From positions 132,756 through 196,755 of the forward strand of contig JAFXXX010000019.1 of assembly GCA_017542065.1 (NCBI GenBank): a DNA stretch of 64,000 nt, read 5' to 3'. Below are positions 30,101-36,395 of the stretch, in pieces. Position 1 is the stretch's first letter, and every line of letters begins with the position of its first letter. This DNA is from Bacilli bacterium (GTDB taxonomy: Bacteria > Bacillota_I > Bacilli_A > RF39 > UBA660). Made by a program: the position numbers and the translations under genes. The notes under the pieces are model-generated. The model searched no databases. It saw nothing but the letters and a program-made list of their open reading frames with translations, and was not told the origin of the DNA.

Positions 30101-31047
30101 TGAACTGTAATTTTGTAATAAATCTTACCATGTAAGTTATTTACTTTTCTAACTGGAATATTTGCTAAAGTTACATCGTTATATAAATAATCTTTTTTAG
30201 ATCCTAAGTTATTTAATTCAACTTTAGTAATATATTTATTTGTTTCAATTTTATATGGATAAACTCTTTTTACAATTAAGTTCAATTGATTACCATCTTG
30301 AATATATAAATTGTTTACTTCAAGGTCTTCATAGTTTTCTTCATTAACTACTACTGAATAAGTATCAGGAGTAATATCACTTAAAGTATATATACCATCT
30401 TCATTAGTATAAGTTTCTTTAATGATTTCATTACCCTTCTTTAAAGCTATTAATATATTTGATACTTTGTTACCATCTTCATCAATAACTCTACCTTGAA
30501 CACTTGATGTATTAACTGTTACATCTCTAACAGTTATATTTGTATAGTCATTTGATGTAGATTCTTTGATTCTAATTGTAGGTCTTACTGTATATCCTTT
30601 TGGAGCATTTACAATAAGCATTGTTACTTTACTAGTTATAGTTTCATTTGAAGGAAGGTTCTTTAGAGTAATTGTTATTTCTTTTCTATTAGATGACAAA
30701 ATAGAAGTAATACCAGTTCCTGTTACTTCTTTAAATGATGCATATTTATCATTTTCATCTAATTTAGCATTTATAATAACATCTCTTTCTCCAGGTACTT
30801 CAGATAATTTATATGAAATGTTATAGTCTATTTCATCATATCCTTTTACCTCGATATTATTATCTTCAGATAATTCACTAATATTAGCACTTAGTTTAGT
30901 TGAAATACTAGCAAGGTTAGCATTTTTAACTTTTACTAATCCCTTATATTTATCTATACTAGATATCTTAATAATTGAAAAAATTGCAGCCACTAATACT
31001 AGTATTAATGATGCAGCAATTATTCTTCTTCTCTTCATTTTATTCAT
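18142..31047 (-). CDS. giant mosaic cell-surface protein (4301 aa from ATG 31047)
   Basis: One ORF of about 12.9 kb. GGAGG lies 8 nt upstream of ATG 31047; the ORF-track M1 at 31062 is a TTG inside that SD. Domains by motif, in order: signal anchor RRRIIAASLILVLVAAIF; CarboxypepD_reg/Cna-B-like (VQGRVIDEDGNKV...); DUF11-like (KITVQNTGEKKGIISSVKDELPEGLSF); six Listeria-Bacteroides (Flg_new) repeats (FDGWYTDEKL..., YDFCGWTKDN..., HTFLRWTTDQ..., HTFLFWSL..., HTFDGWYNGN..., NIFTYWSEDG...); FN3-like (VVTGLTQSTEYTFRIVVTDGAGNTS); more than 2000 aa of N/G/T-rich beta-helix-like repeats; SpaA-like domain; C-terminal ...LLISIQTGIRK + TM + KRKSQNKNLA. Confidence 0.85.
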   Translation of the reverse strand: MNKMKRRRIIAASLILVLVAAIFSIIKISSIDKYKGLVKVKNANLASISTKLSANISELSEDNNIEVKGYDEIDYNISYKLSEVPGERDVIINAKLDENDKYASFKEVTGTGITSILSSNRKEITITLKNLPSNETITSKVTMLIVNAPKGYTVRPTIRIKESTSNDYTNITVRDVTVNTSSVQGRVIDEDGNKVSNILIALKKGNEIIKETYTNEDGIYTLSDITPDTYSVVVNEENYEDLEVNNLYIQDGNQLNLIVKRVYPYKIETNKYITKVELNNLGSKKDYLYNDVTLANIPVRKVNNLHGKIYYKITVQNTGEKKGIISSVKDELPEGLSFDESLNSGYELKNGIIYNRNLEGIELSAGEQISDTLVLTIENTDIAKTYINKVNARGELYEHVIYLLDGRTYKTLDVLEGETIDEPNVTVQNFDGWYTDEKLTNKYNFTLPVEKDLILYGVTAKKHTVTFNDKHPETLEETKYDEQEVNNGDPATKPSQDPEKEGYDFCGWTKDNVVWDFNTPVTEDLTLVSKYCIKSYDVEFYDKSASNGAEYTKILTLQKEYKSVLSNSEAPDLTNAWAGHTFLRWTTDQDGDHEYNFATQIKGKVKLYAQYSLQDRSFIFNDENRITENTVAYGAYVAPIADQGKEGHTFLFWSLTNPSSSDTKEPFDFANTQIFTTTTVYAIYQINSYNVVFNDVDPWTNISTEYDRQTVNHGSKATEPTEPQKEGHTFDGWYNGNDKFDFDTPITGPLTLTSHYTKNKVEVTFMDGDQIFETQLVDYGDYASDTTTHPTKEHNIFTYWSEDGVNEFIFDQNQIKTPKILYSTYEEVTAPTISHTPLYWTNDKVLVTISSTNPNYTFVYKVDDGTYQNYTEPFELSTNSTIVAKSIYGDAESVIVTHEVTNIDKLSPVIGTLTTTPSFNSIVIAGPTTDNQSGIKSITVYNGTSLVGTVNGTANNIDLKDYTKEKELNYVVTGLTQSTEYTFRIVVTDGAGNTSETTITETTGTPEIICRIISVEGTPLPEEDYIEFPLLASAIADTNCDSKCTIQMLKNTNESVSIANTQDITLDLNGKTVSGILPGYTVDNEGTFTLVDHAENAGGIVNGTGIAIYNNANAKFIMGEGSSDPESTGVGRLVSTTVPYVFGESYGVYTETDAEFAFFDGKIKGTNAVQGEVTETEYSYNATSSDVDGYEEVTLAQLIGPEARRNKSIYYGNIANAVAEAKVGTMAMQGNPDTLLEGFTHVDEVDPYSEYWDNENGYPFIYDSTNNTLTSGNAFYGSMAMTNTIIDLTDYNDDQVLELTYHLVPGEDGRTGNIAIKIFELDEHGVMTGNALNYAYTKGSLAGYKLKKGKQYKVDIRYTQPVGLVKSEYEGDSNIGYTLPSYSPYGLSQMVIDDVVLRTEERVTDNFEQISPTLNAYGFYYDSATKTLKSNTPYLRNGQTNAYGYVEIDLTDKEGDYVISATATMETYNSGTVIMYVSEDKPDLKQWIDSSANLLYMYTQGGTSSYDQASYTGYQRPYVGLGPTNPARLVTGGKKYYLNFNFFKNGNSDNPEQSEYEANGVSDQMTISSIKVYKTSGSEDLDIVHDMVGNAFDFSTPLVKNGENYYTLWNNNLGEYHDSYIKVDLTNSETDKILQVHNFWYAYNYVSIYLTTNNRGLTLDEIKTGRDRMLYYKDDRNTAGYIYNAAYPYSTGTRDEYNASSQDYYLEKGNVYYVHFNVRLGVSQGTGYKTENYDCGSSQSGYCGSPIKGIKLLNVDDTAFNFGETPINVGTVDYDSLPEDTTNTITISSTDPIEISSTLDTGYVWNDELGFYTLEKKIPYNHAAGFSTVYDLTNETSPKTVQASYLWDSTTNLSWTDYYTIDEPAPIRYKNNSNFEIPTGAVRFEISSSPYLTFEPGHVYYIYHMVYRNSSSDISTDGVRYDEVTGTNTHEYTKGEKIVTFNENVDEIQILRDIQLQDSMVIDYNKETVLDLNGYTLTSSLTDDIIRNYGKLTIIDSDYENQTSENKVHGGKLTSSAGNVIRNEKDAELIIKDCVLEENSSNWSGRTAIYNEGKLTFVPEHDAKIYVNARTAYGINNLTYGTVSEDVSSLEIIMNYLNHEEQNYRVYSQNSSSRYTHINTGFTNSGFVNLNKLKITGKNGLGFENTGAGVAILRAANISVDINAKDKIYTGATNPYNYQYQYTQYSRTYTNVLEDYGVSNLGGKLTISGASNISHRVYSTGDLYVSNGSSIDYLRTTGKTLINNGSRISNAELKGDTIVENSSLLDRTDNYADLQFRQTGCNTGAILNNYDNGNVESHNSSFHEINNNGRNATMFLNSSSAKHIYNYGTITLNAFNLTNSGTSYTEAVNNQGILNLERGNSITDVNGTAIAMTPKYTTRSVQYYPLKGSKTTYVEYTYYQNELNIGTPNDTENTNTIVGKNYGVSGNCYQKPERIENMMAIDEGSRLNYVDYADKNFLSKLDGTTETITQANYDQSACAVNMYSGRIRTTNNSSTVSRVLNIPVTEALDDSYAIFANELYVFPKQFAIDSHNTATMAKIGENNTFISLQDAIDSITTSDPTTIDVLFYTSVGKVVIPEGKNITLNFSGSPTNLFANNGAIENNGTLTLQGTSEVLSAGKYMVDNNGTLIMNSGTYTNLMDSSYSKEAAIVNNKGVATINNGTFNQLDTYNQANLTINNGEFNSTMLYGNGVASITTVKGGYFTNTNAVPTYLQYMVTSDKFNTNSGRHIFELNNGATGIIDGLNTETDTRYTSFRPIAHVDNANLEFRSGKISAPTSSMVPYVVAVNNSNITVTDGTYDNVFLGIKGSHLYVNGGSLSSYADANNSNRLDLIYLYGVTPKADITGGTLVSKENVMGVSRFKKDNDIDPDEVYSYIINVGVKGDLDTNGDIICSKTDPVLQADKFPISKYGTGSGAGFFGFYDGVLKGKSSAVDISIDEIEEDYEVISDTEDSFQVKYLDQLDLVKNNTTGVIYQTFQKAFREATNGDELETLRDYTNTTGTSKIVIPETSNFTLKIKHLITINNTEFIENNGNATFEGAGGSINVPVSSNVFINNANLNLNKVIIVNLKATGAKKELIVNNLNGILQIRGSSFTTLQHTIIKNYGILNTDKYGDSSCYDTTRFISEFQSGQTENPILIHNESTGRAGLHYMVMTSAYYDTLIWNDGQMYINNSVLDQSDVRSNADSGPYDNDEDGVVQNTGTLEIDNSKIIFAPSGVSCLYGNVYNVDHFYQRMYFKEIGESSLTLKNNLIDTYFLGLVYVEYDSYHQNASSNVTIESTVLHNQSYGIIANEHVNINLKNNTFNIRDSIIDGERRYDFGRSNNTLRYYDPGEKLDNFIINIEGGTYNSEGYIKPLDGTYIPIAMSYSTSCSSSSMDTVTTPSSISANDLYFSSAYSNGITNYGTLTIKDASINVNPPLSVKSRTLYMCIYPSIKSGGAVYYCDHDYNGISVPTRSAAYSVFELGAIVNYGTINTNNSNVTSTKMMSAVTMYGNSAVLNIGEKDDLNNTSSPVINSGTVSVPIRFYDEKGSINFYDGLITSDSIISVVNDVTDFDNHFTDKENGYIITSTNRTRFLSKDNIVKNVTKDISYDNFQTAVDEASNNDVLQMITGTVRISAADDVTISGKNLTLDANCKTIGNRISLTNGSNLTINSTACAANEGYGFNISKIDTYDTSTLSVSEGDGTIEAHGSSIVTLTGKAYYHVTARDTATINAQNYTDSGIIKNIYGYDNSVVNVTNSRADYINLYDSASLNANDSYINQARLEDDSTYSGTCTDDSSLNIVNLVNYSSETLRSTCGTIGLLNYGTAQVSGGIYSSKNSYGPIQITGGTFTSYIISASTANISGGTFTNLRVIHNESYADPLIVNISNGTFISQNNGFNSAVMVNGSNDAAKTTTVNITGGTFDHITGYLGRATINISDGNIKTIRNDSTNPMTFNITGGTIKYVEIDSSSSTYNIGTKDSIVSNQSPVINNDGTVNSGTGGYKSGLNIKAGTVNFYDGIITGSTDKGAIFGKINDVETNYKIDVVDNGDNTESAYLTVITENDSKIAMVNGINYKTLQQAINKSVQNCTSGSTCPNVYIYHNIELDADLTIASGYSVNIISNNYTISLNNFTVDSHITLDGQPIEDNSLGGNILNSLRGMLGLDETGTSVLVYEMADGSALSSENHYRLYEFNGSDYDLVTMEKGDEVARYNPGKGLTNMKPIKGRLYLTNLDPGDYKVSDDNGSEVTFTINADGTLSGHVKEYVPSSNKIESTGEAKLLISIQTGIRKINYMLIAISLIAVLSVMFVLKRKSQNKNLA

Positions 31048-31097
31048 AACAAATACCTCCAAATTGATACCCTATTCTTATTATCAATACTAATAAA

Positions 31098-31106
31098 ATT
31101 ATAACA
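31098..31106 (-). promoter_or_regulatory. extended -10 promoter element TGTTATAAT for the 4301-aa gene
   Basis: The rc of 31098..31106 reads TGTTATAAT, directly after the T-tract of the upstream terminator. Confidence 0.4.
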
Positions 31107-31107
31107 T

Positions 31108-31137
31108 AAAAAAAACTAGTTTTACACTAGTTTTTTA
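31108..31137 (-). terminator. Rho-independent terminator after the 667-aa gene
   Basis: Minus strand reads AAAAAACTAGT-GTAAA-ACTAGTTTTTTTT: a perfect stem plus a T8 tract. Confidence 0.6.
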
Positions 31138-31153
31138 TTATTTTTTAATAAAA

Positions 31154-33157
31154 TTATTTAGCAATATAAAGACCAAATGTATTATTGTTTTTATCTAGCT
31201 TTCTAACAATGATAATTACATTATTTGTCTTATCATTTTTAGTTACTTCTTTAATCTCTACACCTTTAATTTTCTTAACAGTTTTACCACTTACATTAAC
31301 TACTTTTACATAGTCTTTATCAGTGTTATTAACATATAGTGAATTTCTATATGGAGGAATAGTATCTCCAGATAAATCATTTATTCTTTCTTCACCTTTA
31401 AGTCTATATTTCTTAGTTTTTCCAGTAGTAGGATTTACAATATTTACTTTACCATTTAAAATATAAACTATTGTTTCATCAGAATAAATCATTTTAGCAT
31501 CTGATGTTTTAATAGATACTAACTTTTTACCTTTACTACTATATAAGTATGTATTATCTTTATCAGAGAATTTATATACATAACTATTCTTAACAATAAT
31601 CTTACTTCCTAGATAATTATCATTATTTAATGCTTTTTTATCTTTAGTAGAATATAAAATTAATGCTTTAGTAGATGAAACTTCTCCAAATAGATTATCT
31701 TCTCCAACTGGAATAATAATATTAGGAGACACTAATACTTCTTTATTTTTCTTATCAAATAAAACATATTTACCTTGATATTTTTCGTTTTCTGCAGTAT
31801 TAGAATATCTAATTACTTTATAACCATTAGTATATTCAGCATATTTTTGAATACCAGAATTACCAATAGATTTAAATAATTCTTTATTATTAGTTAAATC
31901 ATATACAAACAATGTATCCTTATCACAATATCCTTTAACACAAGTAGCTTGCATATATACATTATTACCATTAGATTCTAAATCATAAATAGTAGTAGAT
32001 TTTGAATCTGATGAATAATTATATAACTTAGTATATTTACCACTATTAACATCATATACACCAAATGATGAATCTTTTATTTTATTAACAAATACATATC
32101 TTTGATCTGCTTTAACAACAGATGATACATATAATGCATAATCACTACTTAATTTTTCTTTAATGAATGCTACTCTGTCAGTAACAGTATCATCTTCCAT
32201 CTTAGTTTGCTTACCATTTGCACTTAATATATATTTTGTAGATGTATTATTTTCTTTTCTAGTAATAATTAATTCACCATCATTTTCTGATGCTGTATAA
32301 CCATTAAATGGTTGACCAATAATCTTATTAGAATTTACATCAAAATAATAATATCCATTACCCTTAGAATCAGAAACAATTAAATATAATGTTTCTCCAT
32401 TTAAATTAACTACATCTTTAGAAACAGTATAACCATTTAAAATGTTTTCACCAGTTTCATTAACTAGTATGTTATTACCTCTAATTGATAGCGCAACTAC
32501 TTTACCACTAGCAAATTTGTTAATACTATTTACACCATCATAAATAACTCTTCCTTTATTAGTAAGAATTAAATACATGTTATCTTTTGAATCATATTCT
32601 GAAATTAAATAATTATTAACTTTAGTTAATTTATTACCTGTAGAATACTTAGCTTTACCTTTAGTATTAGCAATAGTATAACCTTCTACAGAATTTGTAG
32701 TTTTACCTATTTTCTTAAAGATAATATAGTTTTTAGATACATCACTAACATCTAATAAATAAGTATTTTTACTATAATATTTATCTTTAAATGATGCTAC
32801 TTTATTACCACTAGCATTAAAGATATCTACTTTAATTTTACCTAATTTATTACCCCTAGCAGCTACTATATAATCACAATTAGTATCTAAGCATTCAACT
32901 GCATAATATTTAGTAGATGCAATCTTTTTAACTCTTGTAATAGTATCTACTTTAGATCTAAATAAGAATAAGCATAAACAAAGAATAATAATTACCCCTA
33001 AAGCAATACCAGCTATTAACTTATGTTTATTAGTAATTTTAAATTCTTTTTTAGTTTTTACTTTTTCTACTTTAACCTTTTCAACAATTTCCTCTTTTTT
33101 AGGTTCTTCTACTTTTACTTCTTCTTTTACTTTAGAAGTCTTTTCAGTTTTCTTCAT
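31154..33157 (-). CDS. membrane-anchored protein with a Lys/Glu-rich cytoplasmic tail and a repetitive beta-rich ectodomain (667 aa)
   Basis: ATG 33157 is preceded by AGGAGA. N-terminal KVKEEVKVEEPKKEEIVEKVKVEKVK low-complexity stretch, one TM (LIAGIALGVIIILCLCLFLF), then about 600 aa of loosely repeating G/N/K/Y-rich strands. No family recognised. Confidence 0.6.
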   Translation of the reverse strand: MKKTEKTSKVKEEVKVEEPKKEEIVEKVKVEKVKTKKEFKITNKHKLIAGIALGVIIILCLCLFLFRSKVDTITRVKKIASTKYYAVECLDTNCDYIVAARGNKLGKIKVDIFNASGNKVASFKDKYYSKNTYLLDVSDVSKNYIIFKKIGKTTNSVEGYTIANTKGKAKYSTGNKLTKVNNYLISEYDSKDNMYLILTNKGRVIYDGVNSINKFASGKVVALSIRGNNILVNETGENILNGYTVSKDVVNLNGETLYLIVSDSKGNGYYYFDVNSNKIIGQPFNGYTASENDGELIITRKENNTSTKYILSANGKQTKMEDDTVTDRVAFIKEKLSSDYALYVSSVVKADQRYVFVNKIKDSSFGVYDVNSGKYTKLYNYSSDSKSTTIYDLESNGNNVYMQATCVKGYCDKDTLFVYDLTNNKELFKSIGNSGIQKYAEYTNGYKVIRYSNTAENEKYQGKYVLFDKKNKEVLVSPNIIIPVGEDNLFGEVSSTKALILYSTKDKKALNNDNYLGSKIIVKNSYVYKFSDKDNTYLYSSKGKKLVSIKTSDAKMIYSDETIVYILNGKVNIVNPTTGKTKKYRLKGEERINDLSGDTIPPYRNSLYVNNTDKDYVKVVNVSGKTVKKIKGVEIKEVTKNDKTNNVIIIVRKLDKNNNTFGLYIAK

Positions 33158-33167
33158 ACCCTATCTC

Positions 33168-33797
33168 CTATTCTTTTAATAAATCTATTTTATCTTGATA
33201 ATTATTGCTATCTGTAATAAAACTTCCAGATACAACCATATCAACATAATCCTTAATTAAATTTATAGTTTTATCATTTATTCCACCATCAGCAGACACT
33301 ATAAAATTATATCTATCTTTTAAGTTATGTAATTCTTCCATTTTATATGTAGTATTATCTAAGAATGATTGACCACCAAGACCTGGAGTAACACTCATAA
33401 CTAATACTAGATCTATATATGGTAAGTATTCAATAATCTTATTTACATCAGTTTCAGGATTAATAGCAATACCTACTTTTATTCCTTTATTTTTAATTAA
33501 CTGAATATATTTATATATATTTGATACAGCTTCAGCATGGAAAGTAATATATTCTGGATTTAACTTAGAATATTCTTCTATCAAACTTTCTGGCTCTAAG
33601 CACATAAAATGAACATCTAACTTTTTATTAGTATATTCATTTATATTACTTAAACTATCCACAGGAAAACTAACATTTGATGTATAAGTATTATCTTGTA
33701 CATCAATATGAATATAATCTGCATCAGTTAAATTTATCTTTTCAATTGCCTCTTTTATATTATCCTTTTCTTTTAAGATTGATACTGATATTTTCAT
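33168..33797 (-). CDS. rpe: ribulose-phosphate 3-epimerase
   Basis: Motifs HIDVQDN and MSVTPGLGGQSF. Size 209 aa. Conserved position after rsgA. The ATG overlaps the rsgA TGA (ATGA). Confidence 0.9.
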   Translation of the reverse strand: MKISVSILKEKDNIKEAIEKINLTDADYIHIDVQDNTYTSNVSFPVDSLSNINEYTNKKLDVHFMCLEPESLIEEYSKLNPEYITFHAEAVSNIYKYIQLIKNKGIKVGIAINPETDVNKIIEYLPYIDLVLVMSVTPGLGGQSFLDNTTYKMEELHNLKDRYNFIVSADGGINDKTINLIKDYVDMVVSGSFITDSNNYQDKIDLLKE

Positions 33798-34618
33798 CTT
33801 TCATTTTCCTTTTCATTTATAAAACTAACATAGTTTTCATATCTAGATTTAATAATTTCATTATTATTAACAGCTTCTTTAACTACGCATCCATCTTCTT
33901 TTATATGCATACAATCAGAATACTTACAATCATAATTATTAAATTCTACAAAACTATTTTTAATATCTTCTTTAGTCATATTATTAAAATCCAATTTAGA
34001 AAATCCTGGAGTATCTGCAACATAAGAATCACATGCTTCAAAGAATTCAACACATCTTGTTGTATGTTTTCCTCTATTTAATGCTTTAGATATTTCATCG
34101 GTTTTTAAATCTAAACTAGGATCTAATCTATTTAATAAAGTAGATTTACCAGCTCCAGATTGACCTGTCAATATTACTGTTTTACCTTTAATTATTTCTT
34201 TTATCTTATCTATTTCATCATTAGTTACTACTTTGTAACCTAATTTTTCATAGTATTCTTTACATGATTTAATATCTAAATCAGATAAATCTAATTTAGT
34301 AAAACATATAACTGGTTCTATTTTATTAAATACTATAACTGTTAATAGTTTATCTAATAATTTAGAAGAAAAATCAGGATTAACAATAGATGTAACTACT
34401 ATTGCAATATCTATATTTGCAACAGGAGGTCTATCTAAACTATTTTTTCTATCTAAAACTTCTTCTATTATATTATCACTATTAACTAATACATAGTCAC
34501 CAGCTAAAGGAGTAATATTCTTATTACGAAATACTCCTCTTGCTTTACAGACTCTTTTTTCTTTATTATCAAATTCGACAGTATAGTCGTTACTAATTGT
34601 CTTGATTATTCTGTTCAT
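33794..34618 (-). CDS. rsgA: ribosome small-subunit biogenesis GTPase RsgA (CpgA)
   Basis: G-domain GQSGAGKSTLLN and DTPGF, plus a C-terminal zinc knuckle CKYSDCMHIKEDGC. Start chosen at ATG 34618 (MNRIIKTISNDYTV); the ORF-track start at 34636 is a GTG. Start is uncertain. Confidence 0.88.
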   Translation of the reverse strand: MNRIIKTISNDYTVEFDNKEKRVCKARGVFRNKNITPLAGDYVLVNSDNIIEEVLDRKNSLDRPPVANIDIAIVVTSIVNPDFSSKLLDKLLTVIVFNKIEPVICFTKLDLSDLDIKSCKEYYEKLGYKVVTNDEIDKIKEIIKGKTVILTGQSGAGKSTLLNRLDPSLDLKTDEISKALNRGKHTTRCVEFFEACDSYVADTPGFSKLDFNNMTKEDIKNSFVEFNNYDCKYSDCMHIKEDGCVVKEAVNNNEIIKSRYENYVSFINEKENER

Positions 34619-35399
34619 TGTTACTACTTTCTTCACTATTCTCTAATGGTTCCATAACAACTGGTTTTTTAGCTACTTCAACAGTTAATTCATCACCCTT
34701 AGATATATTAGAAGTTGCAGATTTACTTTGAGAAAGAATTGTTCCTTGAGTTTTATCTTCTGTTTCAACTTCTTTAACAGTTAAATGAATATCATATTCA
34801 TCACAGAATTTTTGAATTTCATCAATATTATCCTTATATGGACTTTGTGTTAAGAAATCAGGATATTCAGTTACTATATCTGGAATAAATAATTTTAAAA
34901 TATCACCAGTAACAAGTTTTTCTCCTGCAGCAGGTTCTTGACCAATAATAATATTAGCTTTATCTAAATAATCGTATTTCTTTTCTACTTCTTTCTTTTC
35001 GATAATTACGTTTAATCCTGCACCCTTAGCATCTTCAAGTAAAGTTTTTACTTTTTCAGCTTCTTGTCCAGAATAATCTTCTAATTCAGTTCTATTACTT
35101 CCAAGTGATTTATATAAAGTAATAGTAGCTCCTTTTTTAACTATAGAACCTTTTTTAGGACTAGTTCTAGTTACTTTTCCTTTTTCTACATCATCAGTAT
35201 AATCTTCTTTAATAGTTCCTGCTATTTTAAGTTTTTCATTTTTTAAAACTGTTCTAGCTTCATTAACAGATAATCCAGATACATCTGGAACTTCTATGTT
35301 TGGACTTTTGAATATTGCAGGTATTATTATAAATACTGATAATAATGCAAGTACTAATACAGAAACAAGTATAATTAATAATTTAGTAAATTTACTCAT
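34593..35399 (-). CDS. TM + 3x PASTA sensor module (the C-terminal half of a canonical PrkC, here a separate ORF)
   Basis: N-terminal TM (LLIILVSVLVLALLSVFIIIPAIF) followed by three PASTA-like units of about 65 aa each (PDVSGLSVNEARTVL..., LEDYSGQEAEKVKTLL..., EYPDFLTQSPYKDNIDEIQKF...). GAGGA lies 7 nt upstream of the ATG. Confidence 0.8.
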   Translation of the reverse strand: MSKFTKLLIILVSVLVLALLSVFIIIPAIFKSPNIEVPDVSGLSVNEARTVLKNEKLKIAGTIKEDYTDDVEKGKVTRTSPKKGSIVKKGATITLYKSLGSNRTELEDYSGQEAEKVKTLLEDAKGAGLNVIIEKKEVEKKYDYLDKANIIIGQEPAAGEKLVTGDILKLFIPDIVTEYPDFLTQSPYKDNIDEIQKFCDEYDIHLTVKEVETEDKTQGTILSQSKSATSNISKGDELTVEVAKKPVVMEPLENSEESSNNEQNNQDN

Positions 35400-35462
35400 T
35401 CTCTTATCCTCGATTGATTCTTCTATTTCTCTAACTTCAATCTTTTTCTTTTCTTCCTTTTC

Positions 35463-36395
35463 TTATTCTTTTTTCTTTATTTCATCTTTTAAATTATTTG
35501 TAACAACTGTATTTTCATTATCATATTCATTTTCAGGATATTTAAATACAATTCTCTTTTCATCTTTTCTTTGTTCATCTAAGCATGTTTTAAGGTCTTC
35601 ATATAATTCACGAACATTATTATATCTATTCTTTGGATTCTTAGCAGCAGCCTTAAGAATAATATTCTCTAAGCTTTGAGGAACATCATCTCTTACTTTT
35701 CTAATGCTTGGCATTGGAGTTTTTAAATGTTTCATAGCTATTTCTACAGCTGTTTCTCCTCTAAATGGCATAGTTCCAGCAAGCATTTCATAAAGCATAA
35801 TACCAAGTGAATAAATATCACTCTTAATAGTACTTCCTTTACCAGATGCTTGTTCTGGTGGTAAATAATGAACAGATCCCATAACTGAATTAGTTTGAGT
35901 TAAATCTGATGCATTAACTGCCATTGCAATACCAAAGTCAGTTATTTTTACCATACCATCATCAAGTATCATAATGTTTTGTGGTTTAATATCTCTATGA
36001 ATAATATATGAATCATGTGCAGATGAAAGTCCATCTGTTAATTGACACATAATATCTATTGTTTCAGAGATTGATAATCTTTTTCTTTTCTTAATAATTT
36101 GTTTTAATGTTTGACCATTAATATATTCCATTACTATGTAGAAGTTTCCATCATCTTCTCCTACATCATATATTTGAACTATATTTGGATGATTTAATAA
36201 AGATGCACTTTGAGCTTCTCTTCTAAATCTTCTAACAAACTTTTCATCATCTGCTAGATCTCCTCTTAAAACCTTAATAGCAACGTCTCTTTCTAGGATA
36301 GAATCATAACCAAGATACACATTGGCCATTCCACCTTCACCAATTAAAGCTTTAACTTCATATCTATCATTGATTTTTTGACCCTTTGCTATCAC
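35463..36395 (-). CDS. prkC: Ser/Thr protein kinase catalytic domain (PrkC/PknB type), ending at an in-frame TAA before the TM-PASTA part
   Basis: Hanks motifs GEGGMANV, VAIKVL, HRDIKPQN, DFGIA and HYLPPEQ. The GTG start overlaps the prpC TAG by 1 nt. Confidence 0.9.
   Translation of the reverse strand: MIAKGQKINDRYEVKALIGEGGMANVYLGYDSILERDVAIKVLRGDLADDEKFVRRFRREAQSASLLNHPNIVQIYDVGEDDGNFYIVMEYINGQTLKQIIKKRKRLSISETIDIMCQLTDGLSSAHDSYIIHRDIKPQNIMILDDGMVKITDFGIAMAVNASDLTQTNSVMGSVHYLPPEQASGKGSTIKSDIYSLGIMLYEMLAGTMPFRGETAVEIAMKHLKTPMPSIRKVRDDVPQSLENIILKAAAKNPKNRYNNVRELYEDLKTCLDEQRKDEKRIVFKYPENEYDNENTVVTNNLKDEIKKKE

Noticed and set aside
33794-33797. The possibility that this very AT-rich organism uses the Mollicutes code (table 4, TGA = Trp).
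   Set aside because: rsgA ends with a TGA that overlaps the rpe ATG (ATGA), at the expected C-terminus after the zinc knuckle. gtrA ends the same way at 51510. All conserved proteins are full length under the standard code, with no TGA-interrupted frames.
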